A model generated the notes under the pieces. That model was not told where the DNA came from. It did not search any database and saw only the letters and a program-made list of their open reading frames with translations. Made by a program: the position numbers and the translations under genes. This document shows, piece after piece, positions 57,018 to 64,000 of a stretch of 64,000 bases of DNA. Position 1 is the stretch's first letter. Each line of letters starts with the position of its first letter. The stretch comes from Candidatus Magasanikiibacteriota bacterium (GTDB taxonomy: Bacteria > Patescibacteriota > Patescibacteriia > Magasanikbacterales > UBA922). Location: positions 452,948 through 516,947 of the forward strand of contig JAKITS010000001.1 of NCBI GenBank assembly GCA_021648085.1. Direction: 5' to 3'.

Positions 57018-58150
57018 TTTAAAATACTATAGACAATACCACCAGAAAGAGTTAAAAGAAGTATTATAATTAAAAATAAGACATGATGCAACTTAAATCT
57101 ACCAGTTTTAAGATCTCCGAGTTGTTTTGCACGCCAATAAATCAACAAAACCAAAAGCATTTGTGAACTCAAAAATACACCTCCTATTACATCTATTGTC
57201 TGAATAAACCCCCTTATTCCAGCCAAAAATAATATAATTGGTAATACGGAGACAATAATGGAAGCTAGTAATTTAGGCATTTTAAAATCCCACATAAACG
57301 AATCTTTGAGAGCAAGACCGGTAAGCAAAAAACTATTTCCCATAGCAGTAACCGCAAAAACATTACCCAAAATCAACATTATTGGACCAACTTTATACCC
57401 CAAACCAATTGTTGCAATTTCTGTAGTGTCTGCACCAGTCACACCCACTACCACAAGAGTAAAAAGAGAGTAAATCAAGATATTTATTAATCCTGCTAAA
57501 ATTATAGATTTTTTAAAAATTCTTTTATCTCCTTTTATAATACTCTTTGCTTCTGGAATTGTAGCTAAACCACTATAAGCAAAAAGTAGCACACCGTAAG
57601 GCACAAATAAAAACTTCCAATTTACATATACTAAATTTTGAACTTCAAAATGAGAAAAATTTAAAAAAACTATTAAAACTACAATTAAAATTAAACCCAA
57701 ACTTGTAATAAGTTCAACTTTTTTAATAACGCCCATTCCAACAAAAATTAAAGCTGTTGCAAAAACAAAAAATAAAATACTCCAAATAAAAATACTACCA
57801 CCAAACAAAGTTGCAAGAGCTTGCCCTTCTCCTATTATATATACAACTAGCACCCCAAAAGCCATAGAATAAACCAACGACATCATTAAAAATTCACCAA
57901 ATCTTCCCAAATACTTTCGTGCCAAACCAACGAGTTGTAAATTAGTTTTCAACTTAGACAAAACCTCTCCAATTAAAAGATTTAACCCTGTCATAAGCAC
58001 ACCAAACACAACTATATAGACTAGACCAACCATAAGACCAACTTTTGCAACAACAAAAGGTATCCCCAAAACTCCAGCACCAACAGTACCACTAACTATC
58101 AAAGCCGTGGACTCATACAGGTTTAGTTGTTTTCTATTTTTATCTTTCAT
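57008..58150 (-). CDS. amino-acid transporter-like permease (APC/AAAP-type, ~11 TM)
   Basis: MKDKNRKQLNLYESTALIVSGTVGAGVLGIPF resembles the N-terminus of Trp/Tyr and other amino-acid permeases. Start chosen at the internal MKDKNRK; the ORF extends to 58189. Confidence 0.55.
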   Translation of the reverse strand: MKDKNRKQLNLYESTALIVSGTVGAGVLGIPFVVAKVGLMVGLVYIVVFGVLMTGLNLLIGEVLSKLKTNLQLVGLARKYLGRFGEFLMMSLVYSMAFGVLVVYIIGEGQALATLFGGSIFIWSILFFVFATALIFVGMGVIKKVELITSLGLILIVVLIVFLNFSHFEVQNLVYVNWKFLFVPYGVLLFAYSGLATIPEAKSIIKGDKRIFKKSIILAGLINILIYSLFTLVVVGVTGADTTEIATIGLGYKVGPIMLILGNVFAVTAMGNSFLLTGLALKDSFMWDFKMPKLLASIIVSVLPIILFLAGIRGFIQTIDVIGGVFLSSQMLLVLLIYWRAKQLGDLKTGRFKLHHVLFLIIILLLTLSGGIVYSILKWF

Positions 58151-58213
58151 ATTTACTCTTAAATTATAACACAAAAAAAACAAACGCAACCTACGCTTGT
58201 TTTTTGTTTTTAC

Positions 58214-58729
58214 CTATCTACTCAGCTCTACCTCTGCGCTAAGCTCGTGCTCACAAGCACGAATAGTCACAAGATCTGCAGATGATTTTTCCAGAGTATA
58301 ACCTGTAATAGATGCAGACCAAGCACCGTCTCCATTTGGACTAATAGGGATTGAGCCCAAGTATCCCTGTGTCACCATATCTGAAATATCCACACAGACA
58401 GACTGTGTTGGATCTGTAGTACAAAAACTTGTCACATTTGAAGCTGTAGCCCCAGTCACACAAGTTCCGATAAGATAAACCTGCCCAACAGTTGTGTTTG
58501 TAATTGTAGTAAGGTATGTACCGCCGTTGTCAATTTGATCCACCTTAACAGCCTGAAGAATGTTATTTACATCTGAAAATCTTCTTGCATCTCTTGCATC
58601 TTTAAAACGCTTTGCAGGATTTAGAGCTACAAAAATTAAAAGAGCCAGAATTGCAATAATTGCAATAACTAAAAGTAATTCGATTAAAGTAAAACCTTTT
58701 CTTTTTTCTAAGTACTCTTTAATTTTCAT
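58214..58729 (-). CDS. type IV pilin-like protein (class III signal peptide)
   Basis: MKIKEYLEKRKGFTLIELLLVIAIIAILALLIFVAL is a prepilin cleavage/methylation motif G|FTLIELL. C-terminal Cys pair. Confidence 0.8.
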   Translation of the reverse strand: MKIKEYLEKRKGFTLIELLLVIAIIAILALLIFVALNPAKRFKDARDARRFSDVNNILQAVKVDQIDNGGTYLTTITNTTVGQVYLIGTCVTGATASNVTSFCTTDPTQSVCVDISDMVTQGYLGSIPISPNGDGAWSASITGYTLEKSSADLVTIRACEHELSAEVELSR

Positions 58730-58849
58730 AAAAAAATAACGAAATAATAATACATACATTATACCACAAAATAAAAAATATTTAAATTTATAAGACAAAA
58801 CAAAAAACAAGCCTTATGCTTGTTTTTTGTTTTTGAAGTTTTTTGAAAA

Positions 58850-59365
58850 CTAACGAGTTAAAGTAATCTCTGTTGTGTTCTCATCTTCACAAGCTCTAAT
58901 AGTTACAGACCCATTTGCAGCTTTTGCAATAGTGTATCCTGTGTTTGCAGCTGACCATGTTGCGGTACCATCAGGACTTATAGGAATAGATCCTAAATAA
59001 CCATCTGTCACAAGTCCGGTTAAGTCTGCACAAGCATCTTGAGTTGGTTCTGTTGTACAAAGATAATTTGTTACTGTGGTTGTTGCTCCAGTAGTACAAG
59101 TACCGACCATATAAACCTCGGAAGCTGTCGCACTAGTAATACTAGCTAGGTACGGACCTTTATTATCCACCTGGTCAACCTTAATTGCGGTCAAAATATT
59201 ATTTACATCCGAGAACCTTCTTGAATCACGAGCGTCTGCAAACCTAGTTGCAGGATCTAACGCTACAAAAATTAAAAGAGCCAAAATCGCAATAATTGCG
59301 ATTACCAAAAGCAATTCGATTAAAGTGAAACCTTTTGCTTTTGCCAAAGTTTTTTTCATTTGCAT
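58850..59365 (-). CDS. type IV pilin-like protein, paralog of 58214-58729
   Basis: MQMKKTLAKAKGFTLIELLLVIAIIAILALLIFVAL. Same N-terminal 40 aa as its neighbour but a divergent C-terminal domain. Confidence 0.8.
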   Translation of the reverse strand: MQMKKTLAKAKGFTLIELLLVIAIIAILALLIFVALDPATRFADARDSRRFSDVNNILTAIKVDQVDNKGPYLASITSATASEVYMVGTCTTGATTTVTNYLCTTEPTQDACADLTGLVTDGYLGSIPISPDGTATWSAANTGYTIAKAANGSVTIRACEDENTTEITLTR

Positions 59366-59684
59366 ATGCTATGAATTATATAAATAATAATTAATAAATA
59401 ATCTTACGAATTTAATTATACCATATTTATTAATTTTTTTTATATTAGACTTGTGTATAACTTACAAATTCTCCTCGTATAGATGCATTTCTAGACTATT
59501 AAAATAAACTGATTTTTTAGTATGTTTTTATATTATAATTGTGCATTTCATAAACATAGATAATACATATAATTTATAAAATTTTATTTATAAGTTCTAT
59601 TCAAGAAACTATCAAAAAAATATCCTGTTGGATATTTTTGTACACTCCAAAAGAATCTCACTACTCACCTCTTCGGGTTGCGCT

Positions 59685-59824
59685 CCTAAGAACCTTCAGG
59701 TTCTTAGGAAAACCTCCTCTACAAGTAGGGGAAAGTTTTCCCCTACCACCCCTTAGTTCGAATCCCTTGGCGTCAAAAAAATACCATTTCAGGTATTTTG
59801 TTTGTACACGCCAAGGGATTCGAA
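59685..59824. other. hairpin-rich non-coding element with inverted 17-bp tRNA T-arm/acceptor-like repeats (ttcgaatcccttggcgt / acgccaagggattcgaa); degenerate tRNA-derived sequence or att-like site
   Basis: Perfect hairpins cctaagaacc-ttca-ggttcttagg (59685-59708), gtagggg-N8-cccctac (59725-59746) and aaatacc-N5-ggtattt (59779-59799). GGTTCGAATCC-like T-loop strings occur in both orientations. No cloverleaf can be completed (see rejected). Confidence 0.35.
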
Positions 59825-59972
59825 CCCGAATATGCAGGTTTTGAAATGTCACTTAACCTAGCAAAATTGCTAAAATAAGCGAAATTTACGACTTCGCTAA
59901 AATCTCAATTTTCGCTGAAAAACGACAAAAACTGAATTTTTGGGCAGATTTTGGGCAGATTGATCTCAAAAC

Positions 59973-60003
59973 AAAACACCACTCTATTTTGAAGTGGTGT
60001 TTT
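59973..60003 (-). terminator. terminator for 60039-60578 gene (aacaccact…agtggtgtt + A/T runs)
   Basis: Perfect 9-bp stem with a U-run on the minus strand. Confidence 0.5.
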
Positions 60004-60038
60004 GTTTTTGTTTGAATATCGAGATAGCTTCCGAGCTT

Positions 60039-60578
60039 TTATTTTGTGATTTGTTTAAAACTTTCAAGCATTGTTTTTGCAAATTCTTTTGGATTTTCTA
60101 CTTCTCTACTAATATTAAACTCAAAATATTCATTTGTGTTTTCTGGAGTAAAGATTAGAATTGTACCTAAACCATGTGTAATTACTGAAGCGTTCCATGC
60201 AAGATCTTCTTTTTCTTCTACAAGAACAGGATCTCCTTTGTGGTAATCTTCAAACTTTTCAAACACACCAGCGTTATAAGAATCTACATGGAAAATAAAC
60301 ACACCTCTTTTATCATCTTTTTCAAAGTAAATACTATCTCCGACAGGTCCACCCTCAGAATATAACTTCACGTCATTTCTTTCTTCTTTAAATTCAAAAT
60401 TCTTAGGAATGTTTACAGTAAACCCAATTTTGTTATTTGTGTATTCACCATTATCAACTACCACGTCATTTGGCACTTCATCCATTTGTTGGTTATCCAA
60501 AGAATTGAAGTATAGAAAACCTCCAACAGCAGTTACAGCCACAATAAATGCAATAATAATTTTTATTTTTTTATTCAT
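60039..60578 (-). CDS. hypothetical secreted/membrane-anchored protein (179 aa)
   Basis: N-terminal hydrophobic anchor KIKIIIAFIVAVTAVGGFLYF. No recognisable motif. Confidence 0.5.
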   Translation of the reverse strand: MNKKIKIIIAFIVAVTAVGGFLYFNSLDNQQMDEVPNDVVVDNGEYTNNKIGFTVNIPKNFEFKEERNDVKLYSEGGPVGDSIYFEKDDKRGVFIFHVDSYNAGVFEKFEDYHKGDPVLVEEKEDLAWNASVITHGLGTILIFTPENTNEYFEFNISREVENPKEFAKTMLESFKQITK

Positions 60579-60669
60579 AATTTTTTATTAGTTTCATAAT
60601 TTGTTAAAAGATACACTAAAGCATAAAAAAAGTCAACAAAAAACCCGCCTTTTTAAGACCGGTTACAGT

Positions 60670-61583
60670 TTAGTAAGGTACATTTATGGGTACATAATCT
60701 AAATATTCCCAATCATCATCGTCATCATCTATAGTATCAACGTAAACATCTGCTTGGTATGTTCCTGCTTGACTTAGATGTAAAGAATGCCATGTATACC
60801 CATGCTCCCAAACATAAGGGCTGACGGAATTCCATCCAGAAGTTTGGGTCGCATATACTTCGTCATTACGGTAAAAAATTGTCTTAAATCTATGTTCTTC
60901 TCGGATATTATGAATACCTGATAAAACATAAACTGTTTGACCTGTATAATAAGTATATGTTTCTGTTGTACAAGAGTAAACCCAGTTTGTTGATGAGCTT
61001 CCAGTTATACCTCTACAGGCTTTGGTACTCCAATCACTTTCCAACTGCCTATATTCATTAAAAACATATTCGTTTTCAGTTGTGGAGCCTAGTCTATACA
61101 CGTGAAGGTATAAAGTTGAATAAGTGTCCATCCAAGAATCTATATCCCAGTCATGCACACCAACCGTATTGCTAGAAACAAAATTAGCATCTACTACTCT
61201 GATAACGCCACTACCAAGGTCTTCCAAAAAAAAATGGCTGTGTGCATGCCTGTTACAAAAGTCGTGTTATTATATGCACTACAAGATTCATAACCTGAAG
61301 ATGTATTAATTTGAATCACATCGCCTAGTTGGGCGTTTGTAATTCCACCAGACACTTCAGAACCAAGATCAAGATAAGCTTGGCAATATCCTGTACCAAG
61401 AGTAGCACCTAATTCTTGGTTGATTACTTGTTGAACAAACCCCTTACACTCAAAAGGGTAAACATTTTCAGTGTCATAGCTAAGAGCAGTGCCAGCTAAT
61501 TCATCATTGGTAAAAGCATATACACTTGAAACACAAAAAAACATAACACAAAATAAAATAAAGATTTGTGCGTACTTTCTCAT
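60670..61583 (-). pseudogene. secreted protein gene split by frameshift at T9 homopolymer (coding strand) - pseudogene or phase-variable gene
   Basis: ORFs 61194-61583 (signal peptide MRKYAQIFILFCVMFFCVSSVYA…) and 60670-61227 overlap at A9/T9 (61226-61234). Adding one T joins them in frame (…TGMHTAIFFLEDLGSGVIRVVDANF…) to give a ~305-aa protein. Confidence 0.6.
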
Positions 61584-61746
61584 TTTCTCTCTCCTCTGCT
61601 CGGTTTTGGGTTGTTGTGAAGGAACATTTTTTCCGAGCGTTGGCAGCAGTTTAAACTATTTTTTATTAGTTGTCAAGTCTTTTTTAACAAATAGTATTTT
61701 TTTGTTTTTAATTTATAAGAATTCTATTTGAATTATTTAATACATT

Positions 61747-62337
61747 TTATTTTAAAGGCAATTCAATTGTACGTAAACTTAAATTTTTATCATTACACTC
61801 TGTGCCTAATTTCAAACTGTCTGGATTTTTTACACATTCACTTTCTAAGAAAACTGCCTTTGTTCCATCATTTGAGATTATGATAAGTTTACCTCTGGTT
61901 GGCAATTCTTCTGTCTTTCTAGTGTTAAAATCTAAATGATAATTGAAAAATGGCCCATTATTTAATTTGGAATCTTTTGGCCATTGCCAAGCAGATCCAA
62001 TTAAAGTATTTTCAGTTAAAGATGTAAGAATAGGATCAATATGCCTAGTATAAAACCCTAGAGAATCTTTTATTTCATTATTTTTCATAATTCTAGTCCA
62101 ACCTACATCTCCTTCCTTACCAAACCCTATATGATCAAAGGTAAATATGTTTTTATTATCATCTAACGTTGAGGTACACGGCACATTTTTACTATTCATC
62201 CAGTCCAACAAGCGATTTAATTGACGATTTGTTTCAATAAATTTACGCTGAATAAAATAATTGTATGAAAGGGCTATAAAAAATACTAATATTATTGCTG
62301 ATATAACTACTACTTTTTGTTTTTTGTTGTTTAACAT
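61747..62337 (-). CDS. hypothetical membrane-anchored protein (196 aa), third gene of accessory operon
   Basis: N-terminal TM VVVISAIILVFFIALSYNYFI. 1-nt gap from the upstream gene. Confidence 0.5.
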   Translation of the reverse strand: MLNNKKQKVVVISAIILVFFIALSYNYFIQRKFIETNRQLNRLLDWMNSKNVPCTSTLDDNKNIFTFDHIGFGKEGDVGWTRIMKNNEIKDSLGFYTRHIDPILTSLTENTLIGSAWQWPKDSKLNNGPFFNYHLDFNTRKTEELPTRGKLIIISNDGTKAVFLESECVKNPDSLKLGTECNDKNLSLRTIELPLK

Positions 62338-62338
62338 A

Positions 62339-62833
62339 TTAAAATAATTTTTTATTTAATTTTGTAATAGAAGAAATTTTTTCAATTAAAGTATTATGTA
62401 TTATTACAGGAATTTCTTTTTCACCTAAATGAAAAGCTACTATTGTTCTATGGCGTCCATCATTAAAAGAAATATTAGGTAAATTATTTATGAAAATTTC
62501 TGGTGGATCAATAAATCCCCCATCACCCCAATGTTCTAACAATTTTGCGATTCTAAAATCACGTTCGTCGATACCATTAAATAATATATCGGGTTTTAAC
62601 TTTGTATGACCCATTTCTCCAAAATCTGCTTTATTGATTAATTCTTTTGTATTTACAAGATATATAGAATAATCTTTTAAACCAATAAGCTTGTAATACT
62701 TAGATAAATATTTTTTATTAGTCCCATAAGCCCACTTAACAATGATTTTATTAATTTCAAATAAACTTTTATTTTTATATGAATCAATATAATTTATGAT
62801 TTCTTTTGACAACTTCACTTTTGTGTTTTGCAT
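62339..62833 (-). CDS. ParB/sulfiredoxin-like nuclease-domain protein (164 aa)
   Basis: C-terminal motif FNDGRHRTIVAFHLGEKEIPVIIHN matches the ParB N-terminal domain signature (DGxHRxxAxxxLGxxxIPVxI). No parA nearby. Confidence 0.55.
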   Translation of the reverse strand: MQNTKVKLSKEIINYIDSYKNKSLFEINKIIVKWAYGTNKKYLSKYYKLIGLKDYSIYLVNTKELINKADFGEMGHTKLKPDILFNGIDERDFRIAKLLEHWGDGGFIDPPEIFINNLPNISFNDGRHRTIVAFHLGEKEIPVIIHNTLIEKISSITKLNKKLF

Positions 62834-62870
62834 ACAAAAATAACAATAAAATCTTTTTGACTAATTTTAG

Positions 62871-63710
62871 TTAAATTTTTTCATAATTGGAAAAATAATT
62901 TAATAAATTATTTTCTTCATCTTCTTTAATTAATTTTATACAAATTAAATTTTTAACGGCTCTTGAACAGGCAACATAAAACAATTTCTGATTTTTAAGT
63001 TTTTTCTCTAATTCTTCATCGCTAAAAATAATTTGAAAATCATATTGATTCCAAAAAAATTCGTCTAAGACAATCATTACATTTTCAATTTCTCCACCTT
63101 TTGTTTTATGCATGGTTATATATTCAGATTTGATATTTTCATCTATATATTCTTGATAATTAATAATTTCTTTAAAAGACACCTTTTTATTTTTAAATAA
63201 ATCAAAATAAAATAGTTCCTTGTTATATTTTCGCAAAAATTCATTAAATAATTCTTTATCAACTTTCATTTGTTTTGCTGTTGTGTTACCGCTTTTATAA
63301 GAAGTTTTACGATCATGATAATCTTTATCTATACTTAATTCTCTTAAAAATTCATCTTTATTCTCAATGTAATAATTATAAGAACTAGTTTTTTTTACAA
63401 ACTTATTTTCAAAAGCTTTTCCAACTGCTTTTATACAATCTATTTCACCTATAATCAATTCATTAAAAAAATTGGACACTGTTTCTTGATCTTCGATTTT
63501 TATTAACTTGAATCCTGACTTATTTATTGTTGTTAATACTTTATTATAATTTCTATTTTTAAAATCAATACATAATTTAGCTAAGTCATTAATGCCTAGT
63601 CTATCAAAATCTTTTTTTATAAGTTCATTAATTTCCCAGGTTCTTAAGCTATACAAATTATATAAATTACTAAAACCTAATTCATTCGCAATAGATTTAT
63701 TAGTAAGCAT
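62871..63710 (-). CDS. protein with UvrD/PcrA-helicase C-terminal-like domain (motifs V-VI) and novel N-terminal region (279 aa)
   Basis: TMHKTKGGEIENVMIVLDEF (motif V-like TxHKSKGLEFxxVxL) and LFYVACSRAVKNLICI (motif VI-like LLYVAxTRAKxxL). No Walker A/B in the N-terminal 200 aa. Confidence 0.5.
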   Translation of the reverse strand: MLTNKSIANELGFSNLYNLYSLRTWEINELIKKDFDRLGINDLAKLCIDFKNRNYNKVLTTINKSGFKLIKIEDQETVSNFFNELIIGEIDCIKAVGKAFENKFVKKTSSYNYYIENKDEFLRELSIDKDYHDRKTSYKSGNTTAKQMKVDKELFNEFLRKYNKELFYFDLFKNKKVSFKEIINYQEYIDENIKSEYITMHKTKGGEIENVMIVLDEFFWNQYDFQIIFSDEELEKKLKNQKLFYVACSRAVKNLICIKLIKEDEENNLLNYFSNYEKI

Positions 63711-63952
63711 TAATTTTGTATATTTCTGCTCTTCTCTATCTTCGGCTTTTTTTATTAGTTCAGATAACTTTAATAAATATTGATCTTTTTCTTCCTGAGG
63801 ACTAAAAACGTTAGGTTTATTTTTACTATAAATTGAATAATATAATTTAACAATTCCTTTTCTATCATCTACAGTCTGTCCATCTTTTAACGCAACTTTT
63901 TGTTTTTATTTATGCTAGTCATGAAAGTCGCTGTATTCTTTAGATTTTAAAT

Positions 63953-64000
63953 ATGATTACCATAATTACAGGAAAACCTGGAGCTGGAAAAACCTTGTTC
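63953..64000 (+). CDS. partial CDS (N-terminus): P-loop NTPase, Walker A GKPGAGKT; continues past window end
   Basis: ATG at 63953 followed by MITIITGKPGAGKTLF. Divergent from the accessory operon. Confidence 0.45.
   Translation, partial: MITIITGKPGAGKTLF

Noticed and set aside
59638-59852. ORFs 59638-59844 (+) and 59661-59852 (-), and a possible canonical tRNA gene at ~59.7 kb
   Set aside because: The ORFs overlap on opposite strands within a hairpin-rich region. For a tRNA, the T-loop TTCGAAT and a 3' acceptor-like strand are present, but the T-stem cannot pair (tcggg/ccctt or cttag/ccctt) and no complementary 5' acceptor strand (cgccaag) exists upstream in either orientation. It is therefore reported only as a tRNA-derived or tRNA-like fragment.
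1-64000. CRISPR arrays, rRNA genes, integrase/transposase genes
   Set aside because: No regularly spaced direct repeats with unique spacers. The repeated elements found are inverted-repeat MITE-like units at irregular spacing. No ORF shows integrase/transposase motifs (no R-H-R-Y, DDE or HUH-Y signatures noticed). No rRNA-like conserved strings.

Overview
This 64-kb window is AT-rich and densely packed with small genes, consistent with a reduced genome such as Candidate Phyla Radiation / Patescibacteria (inference). Supporting this are tandem type IV pilin paralogs, giant repeat-rich surface proteins, a shortened UvrC and a dcw cluster reduced to mraZ-rsmH-ftsL.

Core content:
- Replication and repair: dnaB-ybaB-recR, uvrC, uvrA and uvrB (dispersed), recJ, RNase HI.
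- Protein quality control: a CIRCE/HrcA-controlled hrcA-grpE-hsp20-dnaK-dnaJ operon, and a membrane-anchored Clp/Hsp100 ATPase with an apparently degenerate D1 nucleotide site.
- Envelope: GT4 glycosyltransferase, MraY/WecA-family transferase, MurJ, UppP, PAP2, YidC, CorA, pilins.
- Translation: rplU, lepA, RNase J-like beta-CASP nuclease, CCA-adding enzyme.
- Other: gpsA, mraZ-rsmH-ftsL.

Unusual features:
1. A ~5.5-kb, ~99.8%-identical direct duplication (6834-12364 and 46816-52357), each copy carrying a complete 1793-aa secreted beta-helix/Calx-beta-like surface protein gene plus flanking terminators.
2. A family of short MITE-like elements with GTCAT..TGAGCG termini, clustered in three intergenic regions around uvrC, uvrB and rnj.
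3. A 1-kb non-coding region upstream of mraZ with two very long hairpins.
4. A hairpin-rich 640-bp non-coding stretch containing an inverted tRNA T-arm/acceptor-like 17-mer (59.6-60.0 kb).
5. Beyond that stretch, an AT-rich accessory block containing a secreted-protein gene split at a T9 homopolymer, and a compact three-gene operon (UvrD-C-terminal-like protein, ParB/Srx-like nuclease-domain protein, membrane-anchored protein) next to a divergent P-loop NTPase. This operon is a candidate for an undescribed defence-type system.

No rRNA, canonical tRNA or CRISPR array was detected by eye.
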